Below, piece after piece: positions 25,588 through 35,590 of a stretch of DNA of 64,000 nt. Below the pieces are notes generated by a model. The model saw only the letters and a program-made list of their open reading frames with translations, was not told the origin of the DNA and searched no databases. The translations under genes and the position numbers were made by a program. Location of the stretch: NCBI GenBank assembly GCA_965202985.1, contig CBDBCF010000002.1, positions 638,451 to 702,450 on the forward strand. Reading direction: 5' to 3'. Position 1 is the stretch's first letter. Every line of letters starts with the position of its first letter. The DNA is from Longimicrobiales bacterium (GTDB taxonomy: Bacteria; Gemmatimonadota; Gemmatimonadetes; Longimicrobiales; Gaopeijiaceae).

Positions 25588-28494
25588 TCAGCTTCCGCCC
25601 AGCGCCGCCCGCTTCTCCGCGAGCGTTTCGATTCTGCGCTCCCAAGCCTCGGCCTTCTCCCGCTCGCGAGCCACGATCTCCGGCGGCGCCTTGGCCGCAA
25701 AGCCGGGGTTGGCCAGACGCGCCCGCGCCCCGTCCAGCCCCGACCGGAGGCGCGCCAGCTCCTTGTCCAGGCGCGCCCGCTCCCGGGCCACATCAATCAC
25801 GCCCTCCAAGGAAAGGAACACCTCCGTGCCGTCCCGCAGCACGGCCCCCGCCCCGGGCGTCCCCGCCGCAGGCTTCGTCCTCTCCACGCGCTCCACGCGC
25901 GCCAGTCGAGCCAGGGCCGCCTCGATTCCCGGCGAAAGCGGTCCCTGGGCGCCGGCGGCCTCGTCGCGGTTGGCCCCGCCGCTCGCGGCCGATACGTGCA
26001 CCACCACCGTTCGCCCTTCGCCCACGCCGTACTCCTTCCGCAGCGCGCGCACCTGCACCACGAGCTCCTGCAACCATGCGAACCGCGTCTCGGCGTCCTG
26101 GTCGGACAGGCCGTCCGCGGCTTCGGGCCACCGAGCAACCGCAAGCGGCCCGTCCTCCTGGCCGCGCTCCGGCAGCCGCGCCCACAGCTCTTCGGTCACG
26201 AACGGCACAAACGGGTGAAGCAAGCGGCAGGCCGCGTCCAGCGCGTGCACCAAGACCGAGCGCGCGGTCTCCCGGCCACTGTCCACGTCGTGCCGTCCTA
26301 GCTGGCCCGTCGGCCCGGCGTTGCCTGATGCGCCGGTGTCGCCAGTCGGCCCTTCCCCAAGCCGGTCCTTGGCCAGCTCCAAGTACCAGTCCGCGAACTC
26401 GCCCCGCACGAAGTCGCGCAGCACCTCCGCGGCCCCGTGGATGCGGAAGCCCTCCAACTCCTCGCCGGCGCGCCGAACCGCGACCTGGAGCCGCGACAGG
26501 ATCCAGCGGTCCTCCAGCCGGAAGCTGCCGGCAACCTCCCCCAGCGGCTGCACGGGCTCGTCGCCCACCTTCATGAGCACGAACCGCCCGGCGTTCCACA
26601 GCTTGTTGACGAAGTTGCGGCCCGGCGCGAACGCGGCTTCCAGGTCCTCGTGGTCCAGGCGGATGTCGGCGCCCACCCCGGCGCTGGCCACCAGCGTGAA
26701 GCGCAGGGCGTCGGCGCCGTAGAGCTCCACGACCTCCAGCGGGTCGATGCCGTTGCCCAGGGACTTGGACATCTTGCGGCCGTGCTTGTCGCGCACGGTG
26801 CCGTGCAGGTAGACCCGCGGGAACGGCGGCTCGCCCATGGCGTAGCAGCCCGCCATGATCATGCGCGCTACCCAGAAGAAGAGTATCTCCGGCGCGGTGG
26901 ACAGCGCATGGCCGGGGTAGAACGCCGCCAAGTCGTCGCTCTCCTCGGGCCATCCGAAGACGGAGAACGGCCACAGCCACGACGAGAACCACGTGTCCAG
27001 CACGTCCGGATCCTGCTCCAGGTCGCTGCCGCCGCACTCGGGACACGCCTCGGGGTCCTCTCGAAGCGCCATGACGGCGTCGCAGCCGCCGCAGTACCAG
27101 ACTGGGACGCGGTGACCCCACCACAGCTGCCGCGAGACGCACCAGTCGCGGATGTTCTCCATCCAGTGCTCGTAGACGCCGGTCCAGCGCTTCGGGACGA
27201 AGGTCACGGCGCCAGCGCGGGCAGCCTCCAGTGCGGGCTCGGCCAAGGGCTTCATGCGGACGAACCACTGCTCGCTCAAGCGCGGCTCCACCACCGTGTC
27301 GCAGCGATAGCACCGGGGCACGGCGTGGCGGTGTCGGTCCCGGCCCGCCAGCAGCCCCTGTCCCTCCAGGGCGGCCAGCACGGCCTCGCGGGCCTCTTCG
27401 CGACTCATGCCCTGGAACGCCGCGGGCGCGTTCTCATTCATGATCGCGCGCTCGTTCATGACGTTCAGCACGTCCAAGTCGGCACGCCCGGCGATCTCGA
27501 AGTCGGCCGCGTCGTGCGCGGGCGTGACCTTGAGCGCGCCCGTCCCGAACTCGGCGCTGGCGTGTTGATCCGCGACCACGGGGATCCGCCGGTCCGCCAG
27601 CGGCAGATCCACGGCGGCCCCGACCAGCGACGCGTAGCGCGGATCGGCCGGACCCACCGCGACGCCCGTGTCCCCCAGCATCGTCTCCGGGCGCGTCGTC
27701 GAGATCGTGAGGTACCACCGGCCGTCGGCCAGCCGCCCCACGCCGCCCGCCCCGGCGGCCCGCGCGGCCTCGGCGTCCTCCTCCCGGCCCGGCGCCAACG
27801 GGTAGCGGATGTGCCAGAGCGAGCCTTCGGATTCGGCCGCCTCGGCCTCTTCGTTGGACAGCGCAGTCAGGCAGCGGGGACACCAGTTGACGACATACTT
27901 GTCGCGATAGATGAGATCGTCGTCGTAAAGTCGCACGAACACTTCTCTTACGGCTCGCGACAAATCCTCTTCCAAGGTGAACCGGGCTCGGGTCCAGTCG
28001 CAACTGCAACCGATGCGCTCGAGCTGGTTCAAGATGCGCCCGCCGGTGCGTTCGACGTGTTCCCACACCTTGTCCACGAAGGCGTCGCGCCCCAGGTCGT
28101 GACGGGTCTTGCCGTCTTGGGCCAAGCGCCGCTCCACGACGTTCTGCGTGGCGATCCCGGCGTGGTCGGTGCCCGGGACCCACAGCGCGGTCCGACCCTC
28201 CATGCGCCGCCATCGCACGATCACGTCCTGAATGGTGTTGTTCAGCCCGTGGCCCATGTGAAGCACGGCAGTCACGTTGGGCGGAGGGATGACGACCACG
28301 AACGGCTGTCCGTCCGACCGGCCCGCATCGTTCTCCGGCGTCGGGCTGCTCCGGGCCGCGTCGGCCGCGGACGCGCCGAAGCAGCCGCTCTCCTTCCACA
28401 GGCGCAAAACGCGGGCTTCGACTTGGCTGGGGTCGAAGGTCGGGGGCAGGCCGGGGGCGGCGTGCGCCGGGCTGGTCGACTCGGTGTGGCTCAT
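25588..28494 (-). CDS. valS: Valine--tRNA ligase
   Basis: ATG 28494. 'PPPNVTAVLHMGHGLN' (HIGH), 'WVPGTDHAGIATQ', 'KMSKSLGN' (KMSKS) and a C-terminal coiled coil. 968 aa. Confidence 0.95.
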   Translation of the reverse strand: MSHTESTSPAHAAPGLPPTFDPSQVEARVLRLWKESGCFGASAADAARSSPTPENDAGRSDGQPFVVVIPPPNVTAVLHMGHGLNNTIQDVIVRWRRMEGRTALWVPGTDHAGIATQNVVERRLAQDGKTRHDLGRDAFVDKVWEHVERTGGRILNQLERIGCSCDWTRARFTLEEDLSRAVREVFVRLYDDDLIYRDKYVVNWCPRCLTALSNEEAEAAESEGSLWHIRYPLAPGREEDAEAARAAGAGGVGRLADGRWYLTISTTRPETMLGDTGVAVGPADPRYASLVGAAVDLPLADRRIPVVADQHASAEFGTGALKVTPAHDAADFEIAGRADLDVLNVMNERAIMNENAPAAFQGMSREEAREAVLAALEGQGLLAGRDRHRHAVPRCYRCDTVVEPRLSEQWFVRMKPLAEPALEAARAGAVTFVPKRWTGVYEHWMENIRDWCVSRQLWWGHRVPVWYCGGCDAVMALREDPEACPECGGSDLEQDPDVLDTWFSSWLWPFSVFGWPEESDDLAAFYPGHALSTAPEILFFWVARMIMAGCYAMGEPPFPRVYLHGTVRDKHGRKMSKSLGNGIDPLEVVELYGADALRFTLVASAGVGADIRLDHEDLEAAFAPGRNFVNKLWNAGRFVLMKVGDEPVQPLGEVAGSFRLEDRWILSRLQVAVRRAGEELEGFRIHGAAEVLRDFVRGEFADWYLELAKDRLGEGPTGDTGASGNAGPTGQLGRHDVDSGRETARSVLVHALDAACRLLHPFVPFVTEELWARLPERGQEDGPLAVARWPEAADGLSDQDAETRFAWLQELVVQVRALRKEYGVGEGRTVVVHVSAASGGANRDEAAGAQGPLSPGIEAALARLARVERVERTKPAAGTPGAGAVLRDGTEVFLSLEGVIDVARERARLDKELARLRSGLDGARARLANPGFAAKAPPEIVAREREKAEAWERRIETLAEKRAALGGS

Positions 28495-28523
28495 GAGGTG
28501 CGGGGAAGGGTTGGCGACGGGGC

Positions 28524-29369
28524 TCAGCGGTTCCGCCGGGGCGTCGCGGGGACCGTGTCGGGCTTGACCTGGACCTGTACCTGCTTGCCGTCGGCCTCCT
28601 CCTCTTGGGCCCTTCGGCGCTCCTCGCGTCGCCGCCTCATGATCTCGACCCGTTCCTTCCAGCTGCGCCGCGCCGCGACCGAGCCCGCCGCCCGGTCGAT
28701 GTCCGCGATCCGGAATGCCATCTCCGCGCGATCGCCGCTGTAGTCCGGCGGCGGACCGAAGCCGAAGGGGAGCGGCACGGTGATCTTGCCCAGATGGATG
28801 CGGCCGGGCGACACGCCCCACTTGTTGCCGTCCTCGTCGGTGCGCGTCCAGTCGAGGGCCGCGCGGGTCCGTTCGGCTTCGGCGACGGCGGAGTCGTGCA
28901 TGGCCTCCAAGGCGATCTTGATCTCGAGTTCGAGGATCTCGTGGGCCGTGAGCTCCACCAGCGCCGGGTCCATGGGCATCCACAGACGGGCGTCGCCGGG
29001 GCGCGAGCGAAGGCGTTCCGCCACCGAGCGGTAGCGGGGCATCGTCCACTCGGGGCCGCCCTCCAGCGCGGGAACCTCGGGCACGACGGCGGGCGCGTCG
29101 GGGGCGTCGATCTCGACCGGGTCCTCGGGCTCTCCGGAGGGGGACGTGCCGATCTCGACGATGCGAACGACCTGCGTGCCGCCGGGGGCCGCCGTCGGAG
29201 CCCGCGCGAAGGGCGGCGGTTCGCCGGGGCCGGGGCCGGTGGCGAACGAATAGGCGATCAGCGCCAGCAGGTGGCCCAGGGCCGACAGCGCCAAGCCCGC
29301 GACCAACGGACGGCGTGCGGCGCGGCGGCGGCGGTCCGGGCTGGGCTGGTCCTCGCCGGGCGGCGTCAT
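28524..29369 (-). CDS. Membrane-anchored hypothetical protein (Pro-rich linker)
   Basis: ATG 29369 (ATGA overlap with the FAH stop). The single TM 'LVAGLALSALGHLLALIAYSF' is followed by a Pro/Ala-rich stretch. No recognised catalytic motif. Confidence 0.55.
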   Translation of the reverse strand: MTPPGEDQPSPDRRRRAARRPLVAGLALSALGHLLALIAYSFATGPGPGEPPPFARAPTAAPGGTQVVRIVEIGTSPSGEPEDPVEIDAPDAPAVVPEVPALEGGPEWTMPRYRSVAERLRSRPGDARLWMPMDPALVELTAHEILELEIKIALEAMHDSAVAEAERTRAALDWTRTDEDGNKWGVSPGRIHLGKITVPLPFGFGPPPDYSGDRAEMAFRIADIDRAAGSVAARRSWKERVEIMRRRREERRRAQEEEADGKQVQVQVKPDTVPATPRRNR

Positions 29370-30022
29370 GCGCGGCTCGCTGCCGGTTCGCGAGCGGCCA
29401 GCGGCTCGCCCGCCTCGACCGGGTTGGTCACCGACGAGCCGCACGAGAGCTCGACGGCCACGACGTCGCCGGGCGCGAGCGGGCCGATCCCGGACGGCGT
29501 GCCCGTGGCCACCAGGTCGCCCTCTTCCAGGGTCATCATGTGCGACGCGAAGCTCACGACGCGCTCGCAGGAGAACGCCATCTCGTCGGCCCTTCCCTGC
29601 TGCCGGACATCACCGTTGACGCGCGTGACCAGCGACAGGCCGGCCGGGTCCACGCCGGCGGCCTCCACTTCGGCGCCCAGCGGGCAGAAGGTGTCCATCC
29701 CCTTGGCGCGGGTCCACTGGCCGTCGGCCCGTTGCAGATCCCGGGCGGTCACGTCGTTCACCGCCGCGACGCCGCCCACGAACGACCAAGCTTGATCCGG
29801 CAAGACGCGACGGCACCGCCGACCGATCACCAACCCGATCTCGCCCTCGAAGTCCACCCGTCCCGCGTCCGGTGGGATGCGCACCGGCGCGCCGCTCGGG
29901 ATCACGGACGACGGCGGCTTGAGGAACAGCAGGGGCTCGCGGGGAACGTCGTTGCCCAGCTCGGCGGCGTGAAGCGCGTAGTTCCGCCCCACGCAGACGA
30001 TCTTGCCGGGGCGGCGCGTCAC
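29366..30022 (-). CDS. Fumarylacetoacetate hydrolase (FAH) family protein
   Basis: 'KIVCVGRNYALHAAELG', 'FLKPPSSV', 'VDFEGEIGLVIG', 'NDVTARDLQ', 'GDLVATGTPSGIG'. Confidence 0.88.
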   Translation of the reverse strand: MTRRPGKIVCVGRNYALHAAELGNDVPREPLLFLKPPSSVIPSGAPVRIPPDAGRVDFEGEIGLVIGRRCRRVLPDQAWSFVGGVAAVNDVTARDLQRADGQWTRAKGMDTFCPLGAEVEAAGVDPAGLSLVTRVNGDVRQQGRADEMAFSCERVVSFASHMMTLEEGDLVATGTPSGIGPLAPGDVVAVELSCGSSVTNPVEAGEPLAAREPAASRA

Positions 30023-30023
30023 G

Positions 30024-30221
30024 CTACCCCGACGACCGGGCGTGGATCGCGGTCCCCACCAGCGCGCCCAGCGCCGCGATGCCCAACAGCGACGCGATCA
30101 CGGTCCACCAAAACCCCACGTCCGAGTGGCCTCCGCCCCAGCCCAGAAACGCCGTGCGGGCGGCCCCCGCGGCCAACGTCAGAAGCGCGAACCCAGCAAG
30201 GAAACCAAGAGCCTTCTTCAT
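30024..30221 (-). CDS. Small two-TM membrane protein
   Basis: 'MKKALGFLAGFALLTLAAGAA...FWWTVIASLLGIAALGALVG'. An alternative TTG start at 30287 overlaps the DinG stop. Confidence 0.45.
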   Translation of the reverse strand: MKKALGFLAGFALLTLAAGAARTAFLGWGGGHSDVGFWWTVIASLLGIAALGALVGTAIHARSSG

Positions 30222-30283
30222 GGGCGATTCCACCGATTCCGGGAGAGGGACGTAACTCCAACCTACCGGTTCCCCGTCGCAGG

Positions 30284-32830
30284 TCAAGCGTGCTCATCGG
30301 GTTGCGAGTCGTAGAACCGCGCGACCTGTGCGCGGGCCTCTTCCCACGGGCCCGTGATGCGGGGCATCGGCGGCAGCGTGTCGAGGATGGCCTTTCCGTA
30401 GCGCTTGACGAGGACGCGGTCGTCCAGGAGCACGACAGCGCCCCGGTCCGTGCGACGACGGATCAACCGGCCCACGCCCTGCTTGAGACGGATCGCGGCG
30501 TCGGGAACCATGAACTCGGCGAAGGCGTTCCGGCCCCGTGCCTCCAGAGCCTCGCTGCGGGCCTCCACCAGGGGATCGGACGGCACTCGGAAGGGCAGCT
30601 TGTGGAGGACCAGAGCGCGGAGCGGGCGTCCGGGAACGTCCACGCCCTCCCAGAACGACGCGGTGCCCAGGAGCACGCCGTCCCCTGCCTCGGTGAAGCC
30701 CTGCAGAAGCCGCGAGCGGCGCCCTTCCCCGTGCACGAACAGCGGCCAACGAAACGCGCCGCCGATCGCCCGGAGCGCCGCCGCCACGGCCCGAAGCGCG
30801 TTGAACGACGTGAACAGGACGAAGAGCCCGCCCCCGGTGATCGACGCCGTGTCGTGGACGACGCTCGCCGTGGCCCGGTGGTTGGCGTCCGCTCGCGCGC
30901 TCCCGCCTCCGGGAGACGGCAGCCCGGAGGGGACGACGATGCGGCTCTGGGAGGCGTAGTCGAACGGCGAGCCCATCACCGCTTCGGCCACGGCCGGGGT
31001 TCGGGACGCCAGGCCCAGGCGCCCCCGGACGTACGCGAAGGAGCCGTTGGCCGTCATCGTGGCGGAGGTCAGCACGGCGGTCTCGACGGTATCGAAGAGG
31101 TGCTCGGCCAGCAGGGGTCCCGGGTCCACGGGCGCCGCCGCGAAGGCCAGGTTGAGCACGGGCGGTCGGCCCCGCGACCTCGCGGAGCGTCTCGGTTCCA
31201 GCCACCGCACCCAGTCGCCTTCGCCGTCGCCCGCCAGCAGACAGCGACAAAGCGCGTCCGCCCCCACCTCCAAGCGCCTCTCGCAGCCCTGGAGGTCCAG
31301 GATGCGGCCCTGGACCGCTTCTCCCAGCCTGTCTTCGTCCTCCAGCGCGCCGTGAAGCAAGTCCAGCTCGCGACGGAGGTCCTTGATCGCCGCCAAGGCC
31401 CGTGTCAGCGACTCGCCGACCCCGGCGTCCTCCGCCGGTTCGCGCCCAGGCGCCGCGCCCAGGCGCACGGCCCCCTGCCCGCCCTGCGCCAGGACCCACG
31501 GCTCGATCATGCCGAAGAACTCGTCCAGCGCCTCGCGAGCGGCATGAAGTCGCCGGCCCGTCTTCGTCTCCAGCTGTTCCTGCAACCAGTTGCCGACCGC
31601 CAAGCCGCCGTCCGCTTGCCGGACCGTCTTGAGCAGGGCGGCTAGCACGCCCTTGTCGGTCCCGCCCCGGTCCAGCCGCGACAGCGCGGCGTAGAGGCCG
31701 GCCCGCGTGGTCTCCATGCCCAGGTGGGTCGTGGCCGCGTCCTCCAAGTGGTGCGCCTCGTCGAAGACGACCCGTTTGTACGACGGCAGCACGGCGGCCT
31801 CGCGGTAGTTCTCGGTGGCGATGCGAACCGCCAGGTCCGAGAAGAACAGCGCGTGGTTGACCACCAGCAGGTCGGCGGCGGCGGCAGCGCGTCGGGAGCG
31901 CTGGTAGTGGCATTCCTGGAAGTGGGGGCACTTCGACCCCAGGCAGGCGTCGCCGTCGCTCCGCACCTCGTCCCACACCTCCCGGGACGGAGTGAAAGGC
32001 AGGTCACCCCTGGACCCGTCCTCGGTGGACTCGAGCCACTCCAGCACGGCCTTCGTCTCTTGGGAGCGGTCGTCGGCAAACAGGTCGGCCGCCGACTGCG
32101 CCGCCAGCTTGGCTCGCCGGATCGAGACGTAGTTGGCCCGCCCCTTCACCAGCGCCCAGTGCACCTTCTCGCCCAGCAGCTCCTCGGCCAGCGCGATGTC
32201 CTTGCCCACCAGCTGTTCCTGCAGGTTGATCGTGTTGGTGGACACGACCGTCCGTTCCTTGTTGCGCGCCGCCCAGCGCGCCGCCGGCACCAAGTACGCC
32301 ATCGACTTGCCGGTGCCGGTGCCCGCCTCCACCAAGCCCGTGCCGCCTTCGTTGAACCGCTCCGTCACGAAGCGGAGCATCTCGCGCTGTCCGGTCCGGT
32401 TCTCGTAGCCGGGCAGCGCGGACAGCGGGCCGCCGGGCGCCAGCAGCTCTTCGAGCGCGTCCGGGTCCAGCGGCTCGATCCGGCGGGGCTGCGGCGGCTC
32501 GACCACGACGTAGAAGTTCGCCGCCCCGTTGTCCACGATCGCCGAGCCCAGGCCCTCGTCGTGGAGACGGCCCGCCACGATCAGGTCGGCGTCCGAGGGT
32601 TCGGTGCAACCCGACGGGTGGTTGTGGATCACGATGCCGCCGGGGGTGGCGTCCCGCGCCGCGGCCAGCACGGCCCCTCGGTTGCCGCGCGCCACGGCCC
32701 TTGGGTTCGCGACGACCCGGTCCGGCGTCACCTCCGCCAGGAACGACACCTCGCGCCCTCCCGCCCTCGCCACCTCGTCCCGGATCGCCCGAGCGGCCTG
32801 CGGGGCCAAGCGAAGAGGCCCCGACCTCAC
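30284..32830 (-). CDS. JAB/MPN (JAMM) metalloprotease domain fused to a DinG/XPD-family DEAH helicase
   Basis: The N-terminal ~125 aa contain 'GGREVSFLAEV' and 'IVIHNHPSGCTEPSDADL' (E...HxHx7SxxD). Then come helicase motif I 'EAGTGTGKS', the Cys cluster 'CLGSKCPHFQEC' and the DEAH box 'VFDEAHHLED'. The C-terminus matches helicase_C_2 ('VLLGTASFWEGVDVPG', 'LPF'). GTG 32830 overlaps the upstream stop. 848 aa. Confidence 0.82.
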   Translation of the reverse strand: MRSGPLRLAPQAARAIRDEVARAGGREVSFLAEVTPDRVVANPRAVARGNRGAVLAAARDATPGGIVIHNHPSGCTEPSDADLIVAGRLHDEGLGSAIVDNGAANFYVVVEPPQPRRIEPLDPDALEELLAPGGPLSALPGYENRTGQREMLRFVTERFNEGGTGLVEAGTGTGKSMAYLVPAARWAARNKERTVVSTNTINLQEQLVGKDIALAEELLGEKVHWALVKGRANYVSIRRAKLAAQSAADLFADDRSQETKAVLEWLESTEDGSRGDLPFTPSREVWDEVRSDGDACLGSKCPHFQECHYQRSRRAAAAADLLVVNHALFFSDLAVRIATENYREAAVLPSYKRVVFDEAHHLEDAATTHLGMETTRAGLYAALSRLDRGGTDKGVLAALLKTVRQADGGLAVGNWLQEQLETKTGRRLHAAREALDEFFGMIEPWVLAQGGQGAVRLGAAPGREPAEDAGVGESLTRALAAIKDLRRELDLLHGALEDEDRLGEAVQGRILDLQGCERRLEVGADALCRCLLAGDGEGDWVRWLEPRRSARSRGRPPVLNLAFAAAPVDPGPLLAEHLFDTVETAVLTSATMTANGSFAYVRGRLGLASRTPAVAEAVMGSPFDYASQSRIVVPSGLPSPGGGSARADANHRATASVVHDTASITGGGLFVLFTSFNALRAVAAALRAIGGAFRWPLFVHGEGRRSRLLQGFTEAGDGVLLGTASFWEGVDVPGRPLRALVLHKLPFRVPSDPLVEARSEALEARGRNAFAEFMVPDAAIRLKQGVGRLIRRRTDRGAVVLLDDRVLVKRYGKAILDTLPPMPRITGPWEEARAQVARFYDSQPDEHA

Positions 32831-34110
32831 GTCTTGAGCTTTTTCTTCTTGGCGGCGGGGAAGAGCACGTTGTTGAGGATGAGCCGGTAGCCGGGCGAGT
32901 TGGGATGGAGCTCCAGGTCGGTGGCTGCGTCGCCGATCTGGTGCTCCGGGTCCTCGGGATCGTGGCCGCCGTAGTAGGTCCACGTGCCCTGGCCGGCGGC
33001 GCCGTGGATGTACTTGGCCCAGCCGCCTTCGGTGGCCAGCTTCACCACGCCCGGCTTCAGGCGGTCCTGGGCGAACGAGGTGGTCAGCCCGTAGAAGTCC
33101 GGCACGACGGCTTCGTGGTTCTGGGTGAGCATGGCCGGAACGGGGTCGAACTTGGCCGAGAACTCGAAGAGCGTGAACGCCCCGAGCTCCTTCCGCCACG
33201 GCGTGTTGACCTGGTGGCCGTCGATGTCCGAGAAGGCGTTGACCGAGGGCGCCGTCTGGACGTGCGCGTCGCGAAACGCCATCGCCGCCTCCCAGTCCAG
33301 CTTGGCGCCGGCGTCGGGGTCGGGTGGCGTGCCGTCCGAGTAGGCCGCCGCGATGTCCACGGGACCCGCCGCCAGGGCCAGCTCCAGCGTCTCGGGGGCG
33401 GAGCACATGGCGAACAGGAAGCCGCCCTCTTCCACGTACCGGCGAATGCGCGCACTCACGGCCTTCTTGAGGGCGGGCACGTCGGAGAAGCCCAGCGCGC
33501 GGGCCACCTCTTCGTTGCGCGCGACCTCCTCTTCCAGCCACGGCGCGCCCGCGTAGGCGATGTAGAACTTGGAGTACTGGCCGGTGAAGTCCTCGTGGTG
33601 CAGGTGCAGCCAGTCGTACCGGCTCACGTCGCCTTCGAGCACCTCCGGGTCCCATATCTCCTCGTAGGGGATCTCGGCGTAGTCCAGGGCCATCGTGACG
33701 GCGTCGTCCCACGGCGCGCTGTTGGGCGGCGTGTAGATCGCGATCTCGGGGGCCTTCTCCAGCACGACCGACTCCATGTTGGAGGACGCGACAACGCCCC
33801 GGATGCGCGCCTCCTCGGCGGGTGCTACGGGCTGCCACGAGACGCCCATCAGCGCCGCCCGCCTCCGCACGCGCTCCGTGTCCGGCAAGAAGAAGGAGCC
33901 GCCCCGGTAGTTGAGCAGCCATTCGGCCCGGCCCCCGTCGGTCAGAACCGAGTACGTCAGTCCGTACGCCTTGAGGTGGTTCGTCTGCGACCGGTCCATG
34001 GGCACCAGGATCGACTGCGCCGAGGCTGCACCGCCCCCGCCGCCGGCGACGGAGGCAAGGAAGCAGGCCAACAACAGCCGGCACGTCGTCTTCACGGGGA
34101 ACTGTCGCAC
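32827..34110 (-). CDS. Secreted conserved hypothetical protein
   Basis: Signal peptide '...CRLLLACFLASVAGGGGGAASAQS'. Conserved-looking blocks 'MDRSQTNHLKAYGLTY', 'YDWLHLHHEDFTGQY', 'GGFLFAMCSA' and a C-terminal 'KKKKLKT'. No function is assignable from sequence alone. Confidence 0.6.
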   Translation of the reverse strand: MRQFPVKTTCRLLLACFLASVAGGGGGAASAQSILVPMDRSQTNHLKAYGLTYSVLTDGGRAEWLLNYRGGSFFLPDTERVRRRAALMGVSWQPVAPAEEARIRGVVASSNMESVVLEKAPEIAIYTPPNSAPWDDAVTMALDYAEIPYEEIWDPEVLEGDVSRYDWLHLHHEDFTGQYSKFYIAYAGAPWLEEEVARNEEVARALGFSDVPALKKAVSARIRRYVEEGGFLFAMCSAPETLELALAAGPVDIAAAYSDGTPPDPDAGAKLDWEAAMAFRDAHVQTAPSVNAFSDIDGHQVNTPWRKELGAFTLFEFSAKFDPVPAMLTQNHEAVVPDFYGLTTSFAQDRLKPGVVKLATEGGWAKYIHGAAGQGTWTYYGGHDPEDPEHQIGDAATDLELHPNSPGYRLILNNVLFPAAKKKKLKT

Positions 34111-34309
34111 CGGTGCAATCTACCGTCCGCGAGGCGCCGGTTCAACGAGCGTGGGAGGCCAGCCGCTGGCCAAGCTGCGAGGACGCGTTCGCCAGGACGC
34201 CTTCGCGGCGACCGACCCCGGTGTTCCTTCCCGAGAAGGCGCGTTTCCTTGCTTCTTCGGTACCGGGGTCCATAGTGTGGCGAACCCAGATCCCCGAAGG
34301 GAGGATGCG

Positions 34310-35590
34310 ATGGAACCGGAGACCGGCTTCTTCGAGGCGCTCGCCAACGTTGTGCCCGAACTACGCAGGCGCACGCGGCGGCGGCGAACCCAACGCCCCC
34401 GGAGGCTCGAACTGAGTCCGGCCTCGGCGGGCCGCTGCCTCGTCCTTGCCTGGCTGACGGCCGCCGGGTGCGGGGACCTGCCGGACGCGCACCCGTCCGA
34501 TGGAAACCCGTTGCCGCTCGTGGGCGGGACGCCGCTCGTGTTGCGTCCGGTCGGCGAGGTTCAGCACGACTTCATGCACGTCACCGATGTCGAAGTGGGT
34601 CCGGAAGGTCGGGTGTTCGTGGCCGATTGGAGCGCCAAATCGGTGTGGGCGGCGACCCCGGACGGCCAGATGATCGGCCAACTGACCGGCGGAGACAGCC
34701 TTTTCTCGTTCAACTCCATTGCGGACATGGCCGTCGCCGGCGACACGCTCTACGTGCTGGACAACGGATTCGACCGCATCCACTTGTTCGCGCTGAACTC
34801 CGAGGGAACGCCCTGGGCCCGGACGATCGCCTTGACCGACCCGGCCTTGGACGCCTTCGGGCGCATTGGAATCGGACCGAACCGGGCGATCATGGTGCAG
34901 GCAAGGCCCCCGTCGGGCGCGACGCCAAATCAGCCGGCCAGGGAGTTCGGCCTTCACCGGGTCGCCGACGACGGCTCTTCGTTGGGGACGCCGTTGCTCA
35001 CGTTGCCGGCCGACGAGATGCTCGTGACCACCAGCGAAGAGTACGGCACCGTCGTTGAACCGATGCCCTTCGGAAAGAAGTCCTTCGTGGTGTTCGGCGA
35101 CGACGGCGCGGTCTTCCACCTTTGGACGGAGAACTCGTCGGTGACCGCGCACGACGCCACCGGCCGTCTCTTGTACACCGTGCCGTTTTCGGAGTCGCCC
35201 GTTCGTTCGGTTGCGCAGCAAGACGTCGACGCCCTCGTCGCGTCCATGGAATCGGAGGGCGGCGGCGGCTTTCTTGCAAAGCTGCGGGCCGACCGGACAG
35301 CCCAGGCGGCCGAGGACGGGCTGTTGCCGGCGTCTTGGCCGACCGCCAAGAACTTGGTCGGCGACGACTTGAGAAGGCTGTGGATCGTCGTGTCCGCCGA
35401 AGGTACGGATCGGGTGCTCGTCGCCGATCTGCGGGCGGTCCGCGACGTTGGCGCGGGCGTACTGCACGAAGGCGCCCTTCCCTTGGGCAGCGACCTTCAC
35501 GCCGTCGCGAACGATCGGGCGTATCTGGCGACGATCGGTCCCGACAACAGACAGCGCGTCGGCATATTCGCCGTCGAATCGCAACCGTGA
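34310..35590 (+). CDS. Beta-propeller-like lipoprotein (same paralogous family)
   Basis: GGGAGG plus 6 nt precedes ATG 34310. Lipobox 'LTAAGC'. Repeated strand-rich blocks ('VGPEGRVFVAD', 'AGDTLYVLD'). The C-terminal 'LPASWPTAKNLVGDDLRRLWIV' parallels the neighbour's 'PPSWPVASGLLADDSNRLWV'. Confidence 0.7.
   Translation: MEPETGFFEALANVVPELRRRTRRRRTQRPRRLELSPASAGRCLVLAWLTAAGCGDLPDAHPSDGNPLPLVGGTPLVLRPVGEVQHDFMHVTDVEVGPEGRVFVADWSAKSVWAATPDGQMIGQLTGGDSLFSFNSIADMAVAGDTLYVLDNGFDRIHLFALNSEGTPWARTIALTDPALDAFGRIGIGPNRAIMVQARPPSGATPNQPAREFGLHRVADDGSSLGTPLLTLPADEMLVTTSEEYGTVVEPMPFGKKSFVVFGDDGAVFHLWTENSSVTAHDATGRLLYTVPFSESPVRSVAQQDVDALVASMESEGGGGFLAKLRADRTAQAAEDGLLPASWPTAKNLVGDDLRRLWIVVSAEGTDRVLVADLRAVRDVGAGVLHEGALPLGSDLHAVANDRAYLATIGPDNRQRVGIFAVESQP

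Noticed and set aside
34229-34250. A sigma54-like string GGCGCG-TTTCC-TTGCT upstream of the lipoprotein gene at 34310.
   Set aside because: The GG-to-GC distance is one nucleotide longer than the invariant -24/-12 register. The TGGCA-like strings before 35748 likewise have the wrong spacing or sit too close to the ATG.
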